Positions 34,771 to 47,628 are shown, numbered from the whole stretch's first letter. The stretch: 63,479 bases of DNA, filler included, from Olpidium bornovanus S191 (GCA_017911155.1; 32 parts of 32 records of this genome joined end to end with filler, not necessarily neighbours in it), one strand, 5' to 3'. Translations and numbers: made by a program. The notes: generated from the letters alone by a model not told the origin.

Positions 34771-35686
34771 NNNNNNNNNNNNNNNNNNNNNNNNNNNNNN
34801 NNNNNNNNNNNNNNTTAATTAATTAANNNNNNNNNNNNNNNNNNNNNNNNNNNNNNNNNNNNNNNNNNNNCAAACGTTTTGTTAGTGCCGAGATGTCGGC
34901 CGGCGCGTTCCGGAAGCAGACTACCAGCACACCTACGATCCCCGGAAGGTTCTTCCGCTAACAGTGCCCCTGACGTCAGCGCCGATCATGCACATAAGAT
35001 CGAATACACAGGAGAACGGGAAGTGCCTAGCAGTTGCGCTGCCTCCGGAAGCACAGAAGCCTTTACAAAAGCTGAGGCGGAACTTTCCGGAAGAAGTTGA
35101 GGACGCAGGATGCATTGAGTAAGGCGGCGAGCGAAATTCATCGTTGCGATGCGCCAAACTTACGATCAACGGAATAAGAATTGGTGTTATCCCAAGGATA
35201 GTTCGCCGTTCACAGCATACGATTCCGGATCGTCCGCCGCAGCCGCCGGCGGCACCCAGTCGGACGATACGGGTCCCGCTAGGCATGCACAAGGCAGAGA
35301 AGTTCTGAAACAAATCGGAGCTCTGCTGTCGACCATGGCCGCAGGAAAGGTGGGCAATATCGCCAGATTGCTTACTGGTGTGGCCGAAAACGGCGAAATT
35401 TTTCGCGGTCAACCGGAGTGAAAATTACGCTATATTTGAACCTCACAAATTCGGCCGGTACACGACCGTTATCCACCTGATTTGTGCTCGAGCAAGGTGC
35501 CAATTCCCAAACCCCTAGGTTTGGGTCATACAGGGGAAATTCGGCCAAAATTGAGGTCTCCTTCTCTCGCGATTTCAGATAGCATAAATGTAAGGATTTC
35601 CTCCCCGTCTCCCTTCCCCTCCATGGCGGTTTCAGGGTTTGCCGCGCAGTAGGCTTTTTCCCTCATTTGATTCAGGGTGAATCCAC

Positions 35687-36373
35687 TTGTACACACCCAT
35701 TCGGGACGGAAAATGGCGGGTTATCCGACGGCAGGTCGAGATTTTTCGGAAGCTGACACAAATGGGGCGTAATCTTCCCGCGCAGCGAACCGAGGCCGCC
35801 CTCCTAGAGGCCGAAGACCTCGTGATCCGCGACTCGCAAAGGGAGAACGAGCCGGATCCCCAGCGGCACATGGACTACGGCGGTCTCTGCGGAGGCTCCC
35901 AGCTAACCCAGGACGGCGCCGCTGCGCCTGACAGTGCTTATCAGTTCCAGCAAGGAGCTGTTGTGTGGGACGATTCGGAGGGTGAACGCGAGAAGCAGAA
36001 ACTGTTGCAGAAGGTTGAGAACGAAATGAAGCGGAAGGCGGGCGAGACGCGGGCTGACGCGCCGGTCGCGGACTTGACAGGCGAAGACGGCGATCCGCAG
36101 GATGCGGCAGGGGACGAATGCGAGAGGGGACGCACGACAGAAGGGTGGGCAGCGGCGGACGAAACGCGCGGGACGCTACTGTTGTCGCCGTCGCCGTCGC
36201 CGCTCAGCTCCCCACCGCAGTCACCAGTGTCTGCGGAGAGGATCGTTGCCCCGTGCTTGGCCCCTTCGCTTGCAGCGGAGCCCGCGGGCGGCGCAGCAAA
36301 GCGGAGGAGGTGCAAGGCGGAAGCGAAGCCCGCGAGCAGTACGAAGCGGCAAAGGCGGTGTGCGGGCTTGTAA
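35687..36373 (+). CDS. Hypothetical protein, probable 3' exon
   Basis: 228-codon ORF with an ordered-looking segment (WRVIRRQVEIFRKLTQMGRNL) and a charged tail. No family recognised. Confidence 0.3.
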   Translation: MYTPIRDGKWRVIRRQVEIFRKLTQMGRNLPAQRTEAALLEAEDLVIRDSQRENEPDPQRHMDYGGLCGGSQLTQDGAAAPDSAYQFQQGAVVWDDSEGEREKQKLLQKVENEMKRKAGETRADAPVADLTGEDGDPQDAAGDECERGRTTEGWAAADETRGTLLLSPSPSPLSSPPQSPVSAERIVAPCLAPSLAAEPAGGAAKRRRCKAEAKPASSTKRQRRCAGL

Positions 36374-37604
36374 GATTAATGTACATGCNNNNNNNNNNNN
36401 NNNNNNNNNNNNNNNNNNNNNNNNNNNNNNNNTTAATTAATTAANNNNNNNNNNNNNNNNNNNNNNNNNNNNNNNNNNNNNNNNNNNNCATGCAAATCAA
36501 GACCGCCGTCGCGCTTTTTCCGTGACCAAATCGTTTGCGCATCGAATCGCCGCTAGGTGTGGTATGGCCAATCCGCCCCCCTCCCTCTCCGTCCCTTCCC
36601 ACAATATAGAACAATATGTTGAAACATATGAACTGTGTAAGTAATTCAGCAAAAACATTTCTACGAAGAGTTACACACCGAATAATCCACATTAAATGGT
36701 TTCTTGGCCTGTTCACTACGCCAAGAGTGGACGTTTCCGATATTTAGTCTTGACACAAGAAGGATTGATTCAAGAAGGAATCAAAAACCGTATTGCTATT
36801 ACATTGCTAAATTAATATTAGCTTGGCGTGACTGGTATGATGCTTCATACCCAATGTCAACTTAGGGTCGATTCTGAATACATTTTAAAAGGCTTCGCTT
36901 TCTCGGCAACGCTCATACACCCGCCTTGCCGCATCCCGTCCAGAGCTCCAGTTGTCAGAACCCTCCGCCCCGTCCCAAGCATTGTGCTGACAGCCCGGTC
37001 GTAGGGTGCCGCGATCGTGATCTTGAAGCTTGTGGTAGTTGCAATTCTCTGTTTATTTCTTTTTTTTTGCGCGCGGTGTGTCTTGGTGGAGGAGGAGGGG
37101 GGATCGATGCTTCAAGAAAGGGGAGGGGCGTCGTAAGCATGGGGGAGGGCAAAGAAATTCGCCGACAACAGCAATAATTCCTTTCTTTTCTTTTCTTTTT
37201 TGTTTTTTACGCAGAGGGACTTACCCGACGGACCGCCCTTTCGCAAGTTCGGGCTGTCACCACCACCGCTCCATCTCAGGTGATCCTCTTCCCTCAAATC
37301 TCCGCCGCCACCCATTCAGAAAATGCATGCGCGGCTCTGTTTCAGGGTTAGATTCTGTTTCAGGGTTAGATTCTGCGCTTCGCCGGCAGCAGGTTGTTTG
37401 CCAAGGGCGGGTCCGTCCGCCTTTCCTCGCGTTTTCCAAAAGAGAAAGCGCCGCGGGGCTTGAGTGACCCCCCCCTCCCCCCCGTCTTTCCCCCTGCTTA
37501 AACCCAACCACCGCCAGCCAATAAAAATAAAAAATAAAAAGAAAAAATCACGCGGAATAGCACTTCCCCTTTCCCCCAGGCGACTGCTCCCGCCCACGCG
37601 GACG

Positions 37605-38368
37605 ATGGACGCAACCTCCCTTGACCAGGATGCCGCCGAGCGCCGCCGCCAACAGGCCAACCGCGTCTCCGCGAAGCTGGGCCAGAAGATGCTGCAGGGG
37701 TTTACGTTGATGGGCGACTCGTGCCCCGCTAACTCTTGCTTGGGCGTCCCCCTCGTGCGGGACCGCGCGCTGAAGTACCAGTGCGTGAACTGCCAGACGG
37801 AGTACTTCCTGGACGAGACGGGCAGCTTCTGCGCCGTGCAGCAGCATTTCGATCAGCCCGCCGCGGCGAGCGCAGCCCGTCCGAGCGCCACGGACGCAGA
37901 CAACCAGGTCGGGAAAAAACAAACTTGGATTTTGCTGCTTTTTGCCGGCTCGGGGCTATTTTCTTTCTTCTTTTTTCTGCCGGTTGGCCCCCTTCTGCCG
38001 TCCTGCGGGTTATGGCCGAGAGGTGGCAGCCGGAAGCAGCCTTTTTTTTGTTTTTTTTTTTCCCGCTGGCGAACTCCCTGTCGTTTCAATTACAACGCTA
38101 GACGGAAAGCGCCGGATCGGCCTCCGCGCCTCAATCTCAGGGCAACGCTGCTGCCACCCATCCGTTCGCACCCGCCGCTGCTTCGGGAACGCTGCGGCCG
38201 CGGTCGTCGACCGACCGGCCCCCGGATTACTCGCGGCTCATCCATGTGCTGGACCGGAAAGTCGATTGGCTCCGAGAGGAACTCAACAGGACGGAGGACC
38301 TGGCGCGGCTTCGGGAGCTTTGTTCGACCATCGACGCCTGCGTGCAATCCCGGGGCGCCCTGCTGTGA
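37605..38368 (+). CDS. SSSCA1/ZNRD2 (Auto_anti-p27) zinc-ribbon protein, two exons
   Basis: VSAKLGQKMLQGFTLMGDSCPANSCLGVPLVRDR....CVNC, then an intron at about 37908-38160 and the C-terminal helix LDRKVDWLREELNRTEDLARLRELCSTIDAC. Confidence 0.85.
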
Positions 38369-39324
38369 ACGAGACGGGAAACTTTTTACAAGCATAGAAA
38401 AAACAGAGAAACCGCAGACCCGGTGATTCCGGACAGATGCCGCCGTGCAGGGAAGGAGTGGGAAAGGAAGCACCAGATTGTGGCCATTTTTTGGTTTTGA
38501 CGCCGCGTGCTAGTGAAGGCCTGGCGGTCCGCCGGGACTATTCGGGGAGAGTTCCGAGTCTCTTGGCATGTGGACCCGCAGCAGATTCCACCAGGTAGGG
38601 GCTTTTCTGCGACTGAACTACACTGCCCCGCCGTACGACCTGCTCAAAGGAAAACAGTAAACAATCTTTGCTCGCCACATCTCTCTTCTTGCGGCCGTCC
38701 CTTGGCACTTTTCCCTTTGTGCCCCTGCCTCGAAGCGCACCTGACACGGGACAACCAGTGTAGAACTTTTCCACTGCCGATAGTCAGAGAATCTACAACG
38801 AACAGCTTCGTGAATTTAGCTGAGCTGGAAATCGTACGCGAGCGATGGCTGCGAAAGAAGGTGTAATACATGACAACAGCAGCAGTGAGACTGGGGAGAG
38901 TCCTCGACGTGTACGTACCTTGGTGGGAGGCTCTGGGGCGGCAGGCTGCAGCTGCGGCGCTGAAAAAGGCAGCTTCGTCATTGAGGGTCNNNNNNNNNNN
39001 NNNNNNNNNNNNNNNNNNNNNNNNNNNNNNNNNTTAATTAATTAANNNNNNNNNNNNNNNNNNNNNNNNNNNNNNNNNNNNNNNNNNNNACATGACCCCC
39101 CCCAGGCTCCCACCCATTTACTGTCCGGTCCAGAGAGATTCTCACTAAATGCATATCCAGAACCAAAACAGCCCGTTTCGACTAGCCGACACAATCGATA
39201 AGAATCTCACATCAATGATTTAGAAGGTTACTTAAATAGTGGTAAAGTGGACCCTTCCCGGATCCTTCCCCTGGACGCTCCAAACTCGTGGCGTCCTCTG
39301 CTCTTTCTTAGGTCTTTTTCTTTC

Positions 39325-39960
39325 TCGCGGCGGTGGGAAGGGCGATTACGTAGTCTCTTTCTTTCTCGCGGCGGTGGGAAGGGCGGGGAAGGGCGATTAC
39401 GGAATTTATAGTGATCTTTGGTGTGGAAATTACCGAAGAGGTGTCTGCAAATTCATTATCGGGGAACACCTTACGGAATTTATAGGTGATTTTTGGTGTG
39501 GAAATTACCGTCGAAGAGGTGTCTGCAAATTCATCATCGGGGAACACCTTGGTGATGCGTTGCTCACCAACAGCTTCTTCTTCGTCCGCTGTGTTCCTAT
39601 TGGTTGCGTTTTCTCCTTTTGATGCGTCACCTAGGAATTCAGCGCGCTCATGACGTCCGACGCCGCAGGAATTGCGCGATCTCGACAGCCAGGACGCCAC
39701 CTCGGCGATTGGCGCGGTCACCGAACCCAGGGCGGCACCTCGGCGACTCGGGCTTCGGCGCGCCGAAGCCCGCCGAAGCCCAAGGGGGTATGCAATCAGA
39801 CCGGAGCTAGTTACGGAAGAAGTGACGGTCACGGAAGCCAGGGCGGCACCTCGGGCTTCGGCGGGCGGGCTTCGGCGAACTTCGGCGGACGTAAGCGCCC
39901 GTGCGTCTAAGGGGGTATGCAATCAGACCGGAGCTAGTTACTGAAGAAGTGATGTTATTT
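39325..39960. repeat. Non-coding block of paired direct repeats containing a perfect 24-bp palindrome
   Basis: tttctcgcggcggtgggaagggcg x2; ~76-bp unit ...ggaaattaccg(tc)gaagaggtgtctgcaaattcat(t/c)atcggggaacacctt x2; aagggggtatgcaatcagaccggagctagttac at 39782 and 39909; palindrome cgggcttcggcgcgccgaagcccg at 39749-39772. Confidence 0.8.
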
Positions 39961-40039
39961 TTCAGACGCCCTCAAATTTTACTGACCTGACATTAATTAC
40001 CTTTACCGGTACTGATGATAATTAAAGTTTAAAGTCTGA

Positions 40040-40504
40040 AGAATAACGCGAATGTCTGAAAAATAACGCGTCTGAAATAACGCGTTAGCGCCTGAAAAAT
40101 GACCTGTCATCAAGCTTGTCCGCTCATCTAGCGCCTGAAAAATAACGCGCCTGAAATAACACGTTGTCATCAAGCTTGTCCGCTCATCTAGCGCCTGAAA
40201 AATAACGCGCCTGAAATAACGCGTTATCGTCTGAAAAATGACCTGTCAAAATGACCTGTCATCAAGCTTGTCCGCTCATCAAGCGCCTAAAAAATAACGT
40301 TTTCATAATTTCACTGACCTGTCACCTGAAAAATAACGTTTTCATATTTTCACTGACCTGTCATCAAGCTTGTCCGCTCATCTAGCGCCTGAAAAATAAC
40401 AGACCCCGCTCATATAGAGCGCTTTCACTGACCTGTCATCAAGCTTGTCCGCTCATCTAGCGCCTGAAAAATAACACTCACTGACCTGTCATCAAGCTTG
40501 ACCC
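40040..40504. repeat. Complex satellite with a ~47-bp core TGACCTGTCATCAAGCTTGTCCGCTCATCTAGCGCCTGAAAAATAAC
   Basis: Core copies at about 40100, 40165, 40252, 40354, 40429 and 40481 (the last truncated), interleaved with (GCG)CCTGAAATAAC sub-repeats. Confidence 0.9.
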
Positions 40505-40758
40505 NNNNNNNNNNNNNNNNNNNNNNNNNNNNNNNNNNNNNNNNNNNNTTAATTAATTAANNNNNNNNNNNNNNNNNNNNNNNNNNNNNNNNNNNNNNNN
40601 NNNNCTCTTGGAATTCTGGCCACGTGTTGCACGTGTTGCACTTCTCATCCGGGGACTCTTGAAGGTGATTCCAAAAATCTGTGGCGTCTTTGGTAAGTCG
40701 CTGCGCTGCGAACGTGGCTTGCATGGCGAGAAAAGAACGCAAACGAACCGGGGCGTGC

Positions 40759-43500
40759 TCAGCACCGCAGGTGCTCGCATTCCTCGCGGTCGCTGTAGTA
40801 CCAGACCCCGCTGTAGCTGCTGCCGGACGCTCCGCCGGCCCGGGCATCGCCGACGTAGCACAGGTCGGGATACTGGTACGCCGCCGACCCGGTCGCGAGC
40901 GCGGCTGGCGAGGCGGCGGCGGCGGCGGCGGCGCGCGAGTTGCCGCGAGAGCACGACCTCGAAGAGGCGGCAAAGGTGTACGACGAGCAGCAGAACCTGC
41001 CGCTCCCGGTTTCCTGGCGGACGTGGGCGGCAGCGGTGGCGGTGGCGTAACGGGGCGAGGCCGGCGAGATCGACCACCCATAGTCCGCGGAGACGGAGAA
41101 CGCCGCCGCAGCGGAAAACTCGGCCTCGTAGCGAGCCCACTCCAGCTCTCGCAAGCGCTTCTCGTACGCCGCGCGGCCAGTCCCCTCGAAATGCCGCGCG
41201 GCCCCGGAGGCCGCCGCCGCCGACCCCGGAGCCCTCTCCGCGCTCGGCGAACCGTCTTCCAGGGCCATCAAGAACGGGGACCTCAGGACCTCGTCGGCCG
41301 TCATCCGCCGCGCCGGGTCCTCCTCCAGCATTCCCCTCAGCATGTCCGCCAGCTCGATGACGACGGGAGGGTGGCGCTGCCATGAAAGCGGGTCTCGCGC
41401 AAACTCGTGCAGCTTCCGCACGATGCGGTTCGTCGTCTCGCCTCGCGTCAGCGCCCCGCCCAGCAGGTGAAGGTCGCACCCAGGAATGTACAGCGCCGCC
41501 GCCGCCCCGATCACGACGCCGGCAGAGTACACGTCTGGCGCGCCGGTGGGCGGCGGAAGATTCACGGTCGAAGCGTCCCAGAAGCCCGGTGAGACCGGCG
41601 GCGAGCAGCCCGCGGCGTACAGCTCCGGAGCGATAAACCCTGGGGTTCCGCGGAGCGGATGCGGCGCCAGACGGTGGCCGCGGCCGGCTGGGCCCGTCGA
41701 CGCCACGTCGGCCAGGTCGGTGGCCACGGTGTTGGAAGTGGACGCCGTCGGCGCCGACCTGGAGTAGATCGTCGCCTCGTCTCCCTCCGTAACGCCGGTG
41801 ACCCACTTCTCTCCCGGGGCCGACTCCGCATCGTCTGACATCGGAACGGTTTCGACTGGTGACACGTCGCCGGAGGCTCGCCAATCCGACGACGGACGCG
41901 CCGCCTGGCGACAGTCGCCGCCTACGTTGGCGAGGTTGTCCGGCCGCTTCCGGATGCTTTGCCTCTCGGCATAGGAATTGAGCAGCCGCGAAGCCGCGGC
42001 CGACAGCTCGTAACACCCCGGGCTCTGGATACACGCTTCCGCGAAATTTGCGGGCGTCCCGACACATGGGTCCGTGCAGGCCCACGGGCTCTCCTTGATG
42101 CACTCGCGGGCGAGGCCAAAGTCGATCAGCACCAGCCTTCCCTTGTTGTCCATCATCATATTCGACGGGTTGACGTCTAGGTGGGCGATGCCGACGCTGT
42201 GGATCGCCCGCAGCGCGGTCATGAGTTCTTTGGCTTGCCGGGCAATGGTGATCAGATCAAGGTCCGCCCATGCGAGCTGGTCGAGCTTGCGAAACACAAG
42301 TACCGGCTCGCCGTTGTCGTCCGTGAACGTGTCCGTGAGCCGGACAATGTGCGGGCAACGGGCCGTCAGGCGGCATGCGCCCAAGTAACGCAGAAAAGCC
42401 AGCTCGGTCTCAAACAGACTGCGATTGCTGACGGTCTTAAACGCTACAGGAAGGAAGTCGGAGATGCGGATGCCGAAGGCTATCTTTGAGACGTCACGCC
42501 GGTACTCGGGAAATTTCTCGTTCACGACATAGTCCGGCCGGTCTTCCGCCGGCCGACGCTCGCAGGGAGCGGTGTACACGTATTGTCTGCTGCGCGCCGT
42601 TCCGGGAGAATGCACTGAGGGAGGAGATAGAAGCAGCACGGAAACAGTCGTTCAGCACGGAGAAGCTCTTTCTGCATGTCTTTCGAATAGTTACCTGTCA
42701 CGATACGAACAAGGAAGGTTTTTTTTTTGCCGGCAAGGCGAATACATTCACCGCTGTTAGTAACGTATACGAAGCACGTCGCGCAACAACCGGTGGTTTG
42801 TTCGGCGAGCGCAGACGTCCACGCTGGACCCGAAGAGGATTAATTTTTCGCAACACTCGGGCGGGCCCAAATGCGCGTCGTGCAGACCGGGAACCAACGA
42901 ACCTGGGGAAATCAACTCGTCAACCAGCGCCCCAAAGTAGCTGTTACGCAACCGGCGGACCTCGGCTGCGGATCGGCGGTTCTTCCTCGTCTTCCGCCGG
43001 GCGCCCGCAGAAAACGCGACGCTGTCGTCGTTCGGTTCCAGCACGCAGGTGCCGGCCAGCGCGCGCGCTAGGCGCAGACCGTCCTGCTCGGCGTCCGAGC
43101 ACGCCGTGTCCGAGCCGCTTTCGGAAAACTCACCGCTTCCGGAGGAGGACCCGCCGCCGCGGTCGAGCCGCCGGACAGCGGCGCCGGCGCCGGCGGCTCT
43201 GGAAGATCGCCGACGAAGCCCGCGGTCACCGCCGCCGACGCACGCGGCCGCAGGCGGCGGCGCCGGCGTCACCGGCATGGAGCGGGAGACAGGCGGGGAG
43301 GACAACAGCGGCAGAGAAGGCAGCGGTGCGAAGCGGGCGCGCCTGCGCAGGCGCGGGACGTCGGGCGGCGGCGGCGGCGGCGGCACCACCGCGGCGGCGG
43401 CTCTCCTCCTTCTTCGTGCGTGAACGCCGGCCGGCCCGACGGGCCAGGCAGGGCAGGCGGGCGCGCGACGCGAAAAAACGCGGGCGAGGGGCGGACTCAC
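40759..43500 (-). CDS. Divergent non-RD Ser/Thr protein kinase with large inserts
   Basis: VAFK, E..FL..L, HIVRL, HLDVNPSN, LIDFGLA, ~115-aa insert, GTPGFIAPEL, DVYSAGVV, MLEEDPARRMTADEVLRSPF (core about 41270-42470). The upstream ORF 42757-43500 is probably the N-terminal exon. Confidence 0.85.
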
Positions 43501-43799
43501 CCGCGCCGACCCGGCCGCTCCTCCTCCTCCGCCCCTCTCANNNNNNNNNNNNNNNNNNNNNNNNNNNNNNNNNNNNNNNNNNNNTTAATTAATTAANNNN
43601 NNNNNNNNNNNNNNNNNNNNNNNNNNNNNNNNNNNNNNNNCATGGCGGTTCGTCCGTGAAGATTGGCATTTCGCTCGTCCATCGTGGCTGAGGGGGTGTG
43701 CACCGCGGCGGAGCCCGCCTCCTGCATTGAACTCGGCGACGAACTGGGGGGTAAAGGGGCTCGTTTACGCATCGGACCAGCGTCCTCCTCTGTGGATCG

Positions 43800-45100
43800 A
43801 AGTCGCTTCTCGTCTACGCCTGCTTGGTGGCCCACAAATGTCACTGCCTGAGTCGAGCGCAGCTTGATAGAGTGTGAAGAAGCTCGCGGTCCCCAATGGT
43901 TCAACATCAGCCCCAGTTGCGCCTCGGGGGTCAATTCGTCGGATTAGATTCCTCATTCCTCCGCCACCGGCGGGCTGTGGAATGAGCACCGTACCGTCGG
44001 GGTGCGCGACGTTACCGTCCCTAATGATCACCACCCCTTGCCGCACTGCCTCTCCCAGGTCGCAACACACGCGCTTGCTGTGTCTGATCTCGTCGCACCA
44101 TAGGCACCTCATCGGCCCCTTGGTACTCGAACCCGGTCCCGGATCTGCCATCGGCCGAGGAGTCGCCCTGCTGCTGCTGGTCATCAATTGGCAAATGGTT
44201 GAACATCGTTCCCAAGTGTAGTCTGGAAGATCCGAAGTTGATTCATTTGTTCTGTGAGCGCGCGAATTGGGTCCGACGACGAGTCATTTGTATATACACC
44301 TGCCGCCGGGGCTACTGGAACGGTCTTTGATGCCGAGGAAGCTTCGCATAGAAACTAAGCCCCAGCAGCTTTTTCACGGGCACCCCCGCCTTCCTGCCGA
44401 GCAATTTCCTGAACTTCAGTCCAGTCCTCTGTCAGACGACCTCTGACACACAATTTCTCGTACATCACGTCTTTCCATTGCGGCGGCAGCGCCTCTAAAT
44501 ACGCTCGCGGTTTGTCCGCAAACATAATGCGACTCCCAGGGTCGAGCTCTTCGTATTTCTTTTCGAACTCTCTGAGAATTTCCTGCAGGTCGTTCACAGT
44601 CTTTTTTAACAAAATACAGTCAGTGAATTTCGATACCGTCATTCGGTCGACGTCGTCAAGACTAAACTCCCCACGCAGCTTCTCTTTATACGCTCTCCAA
44701 GGCAAGCAATCCGTTGCGAGCTCGTTCAGACGCCTCTCGATTTCGGGGTGAGTAGCCAAGATAACCGTTTTGATCTTCTCTGCATCAAGTGAAGTTCGAA
44801 CTTCTGCAGGAAAGACGTGATGTTATTCCCGCGGAAGTACTCATTGTTCATCAGAAACTCGTGTAATGCGGTCTTAATCTCACTGCGCCGTGCTGTCTCT
44901 TCCGCCTTCAGCTGAGCAGCTAGAAGCAGCTCCTCAACGCGTTGATTATTTGGCGTCGCAGACACCACGACAGGGACGGTCGTTGTCGGCGCAATCGTCG
45001 GGGATGTAACGTTGGGGCCCAACTGGCCGCGCATGCGGCGCACGCCAGCGGCTTCGCTCTCACGGCCTAGATCAGACATTTCGAACTGTTTTCCTTCCAA
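43800..45100 (-). mobile_element. Degenerate LTR-retrotransposon gag (frameshifted) with a CCHC zinc knuckle
   Basis: YFRGNNITSFLQKFE, frameshift, ...LEALPPQWK...L...GRLTEDWTEV, then CLWCDEIRHSKRVC (C-X2-C-X4-H-X4-C). No introns; frame breaks near 44790, 44360 and 44190. Confidence 0.75.
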
Positions 45101-45313
45101 TACGCGTCTTGGGGCCCTCCTGCCCGGGAGCGCCAGCTGTTGGGAAAATAANNNNNNNNNNNNNNNNNNNNNNNNNNNNNNNNNNNNNNNNNNNNTTAAT
45201 TAATTAANNNNNNNNNNNNNNNNNNNNNNNNNNNNNNNNNNNNNNNNNNNNCATGAGCTGCAACAATCCGTGCTACGCAAAAAGGGCGTCAGGCACATTG
45301 ATTTCAAGTATTT

Positions 45314-47628
45314 CTAAGCAGCCACTGGTTCTCCTGTTCTTAGCTCGACGTTCAGAAGCTTCGACAGGCGGTCGCGAACCAGCCCCTGGACTTCGTTAAT
45401 CTCGTCGAAACCGACGTCCCTTCAAAGGGTTGCCAAGGCGGAAATTCCCCTGTTAGCGGCAGTGACAGCAAGGCGTGCCTGGGCGCTACCGGCAAGATCA
45501 CCAAAAACGTAAGCCCCCAGCCGTACCGTTCCCAAGACCGGTAGGTTATCCGGTAGCACTTGCTAACCTTGCCGGTCTTCCTGTTTAAGTACTCGTCGAT
45601 CTGCAAAAGAGTGGCCGCTTGGACGTAAGGCACGGCCGTTTTAAACCACTCAGGGCAACCAGACGACGCCGGAGAAAAGTTCTACAGGGCTAAACCCTAT
45701 AGCTCGGAAACCACGCTCGGCCGCACCAGCTTCACGTCCTCGATCACATCGCCTGCGACGTCGCGAATAATCTCAAAAACGTCGTTGGCGTCGACGGGAA
45801 CCGGGGCGCCATCTTCGCCGACGGGGCACCAAAAGCTGACGTCACGTGTGCGGGCGTTGTAGATCTTGGCCAAGGGTTTGAAACGCGCAAAACGATTTCC
45901 AGTAAATTGGTCGACGAAGCGCTGGTCGCTGCTCCAAAACAGCCGAATGTCAGGGATTGAGAAAAGCGGCATCGCCAGGCGCTCCAAGCCGATGCCAAAG
46001 GCCCAGCCGAGCTTGTTTGGATGTCCTGGGAGCGATTTCGCCCAAGCTGCGTTAATATTGGCCGCTCGAACGTGTTCTCCGAAAACTTACAAAAGCGAGA
46101 CCTCCGTCCAAGAGAAGGGCGCGGCCGTACGTACCAGCTTTCTCCATTATTTCCTGCCTTACGACACCGCATCCGGCAACTTCTAGCCATCGTCCCTGAT
46201 ACCACACCTCGAGTTCGAAGCTCGGCGCAGTGAAGGGAAAGTACGCGTCAACCCAGCGGGTGACAATTGGTTCCAATGGCTCGGCTGCGCCGCAGTCCGC
46301 GGCCGCCGCCGCCGCCGCCGCCTTGACCTCCTCCGCAGCCTGAGTGAAGATGGCCATGACCATCGTCTCGAGAACCGCTTTAAGGTGGTCCACCACGGCG
46401 GCGGTCTCTAATTCGGAGTGATACTCCGGCTGAGCAGGGTTCGCCGTTTCCTCGATCCGGCCCGCTTTCGCCAACGCTTGTCTCGTCTCCAAAGAGAGTT
46501 CTAGTGAATTGGGCGCGGCAGCTTCAGGTTCTTTTCGGTTGGGAGCGGTTGACAGCAGCAACCCGCCAAGTTTTCCTCCGCTTTCCGAGTTTGCGCTACG
46601 GCCGCACCTCTGCCAGTTGCCATAATCCCCAGCTGCTTCTTCAACTCCGCAGCCTCGTCTGGCGCTGCCTTCAACACCGCCGACCGGTCCCACAGGCACA
46701 CTCCCTCTATCTGGTGAAACACCGGGTAATGCCGCGGCGTAATCTCGTCCCTCCGATAAACGTCCGCGGCCACCAGGAACCTGTCAAGCCCGCTGCGGAT
46801 GAGCTCCGCCTGGTGCGCCGAGGTGTGGGACCGCAGGATGTACTGGTCGTTAAGGTAGTACGACTGCCCGCGCTCACGGGACACGTGGTCCGCCGGGACG
46901 AGCAGCTCGTCAAAGTTCTGTGCGGTTGTCACAACCGGGCACAGGGAATCCAGGAACGCGTACCCGCGCGGCGCGAAGTGGTCACGCACGCGCCGGGCCA
47001 GGATTTGCAGCGGGTGGTTCTCTGCGCGGTGCAGGCCCCTGCCGGTACGGGCCAGGAGCGCTTCTGTGACGTTTGTTTGCCGGTCCCGCGGGAACCGCCT
47101 GCCGAACACGGAGACATGATTGGCGGTGATCTCCGGCGGCGGCGCGACCGTCGCGTCCGTCGCGTCAGTCGTTGCCGCCGCAGGCTTACCGGCCGCTGTT
47201 ATCGAAAGAGCCCAAAAAGCAAAGACGGGAAACAGGGGGAAAAAAATAAAGAAAAAAGAAAAAAAACAAGGCCAACCCTTTTAGTTAAATCGCAGGAGGG
47301 CGCGGGCCCCAAACGCGCGCGGAAGTGGAGAGCGGCGCAAGCAATTACCGGACGACGAAGCGGCGCCGCGCAACCGGATGGAGGAGACGCGGCCGGCGGC
47401 CGGGGTTGCGCACGCTGCGGTTGACGGTAACCGCGGGGCGCCGCGCCGCGCGCCGGCGAGCGGACCGGCCGGAGCAACGGCGAGCCGCCGGCGGACGGCC
47501 GTCGGAAGAGGTGACGAGCACAGGGACCGCGCGTTCGAGGACGGCGGCGGCGGGCGTGCCGCCCCCGGCAGCAAGACGAGCGCGGCGGCACCGGCGGTAG
47601 CGGCGCGGCGCGCCGAACGGCACAGCAT
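45314..47628 (-). CDS. MSF1: Mitochondrial phenylalanyl-tRNA synthetase, apparently complete and multi-exon
   Basis: Arg/Ala-rich presequence MLCRSARRATAG; NFDELLVPADHVSR; ILRSHTSAHQ; ADVYRRDEI..RHYPVFHQIEG; RWVDAYFPFTAPSFELEV....WLEVAGCG; GWAFGIGLERLAM.LF.IPDIRLFW; anticodon-binding domain ending VELRTGEPVAA*. Confidence 0.95.

Noticed and set aside
36489-37315. Possible multi-exon minus-strand gene (e.g. LNIGNVHSWRSEQAKKPFNVDYS)
   Set aside because: Splice-like sites exist, but I could not assemble a consistent frame or recognise a family, so it is not reported as a feature.
40040-40504. CRISPR array interpretation of the 47-bp core with variable spacers
   Set aside because: The linkers vary from about 6 to over 50 nt and are built from sub-repeats of the array itself rather than unique sequence. 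There are no cas genes and the context is eukaryotic.
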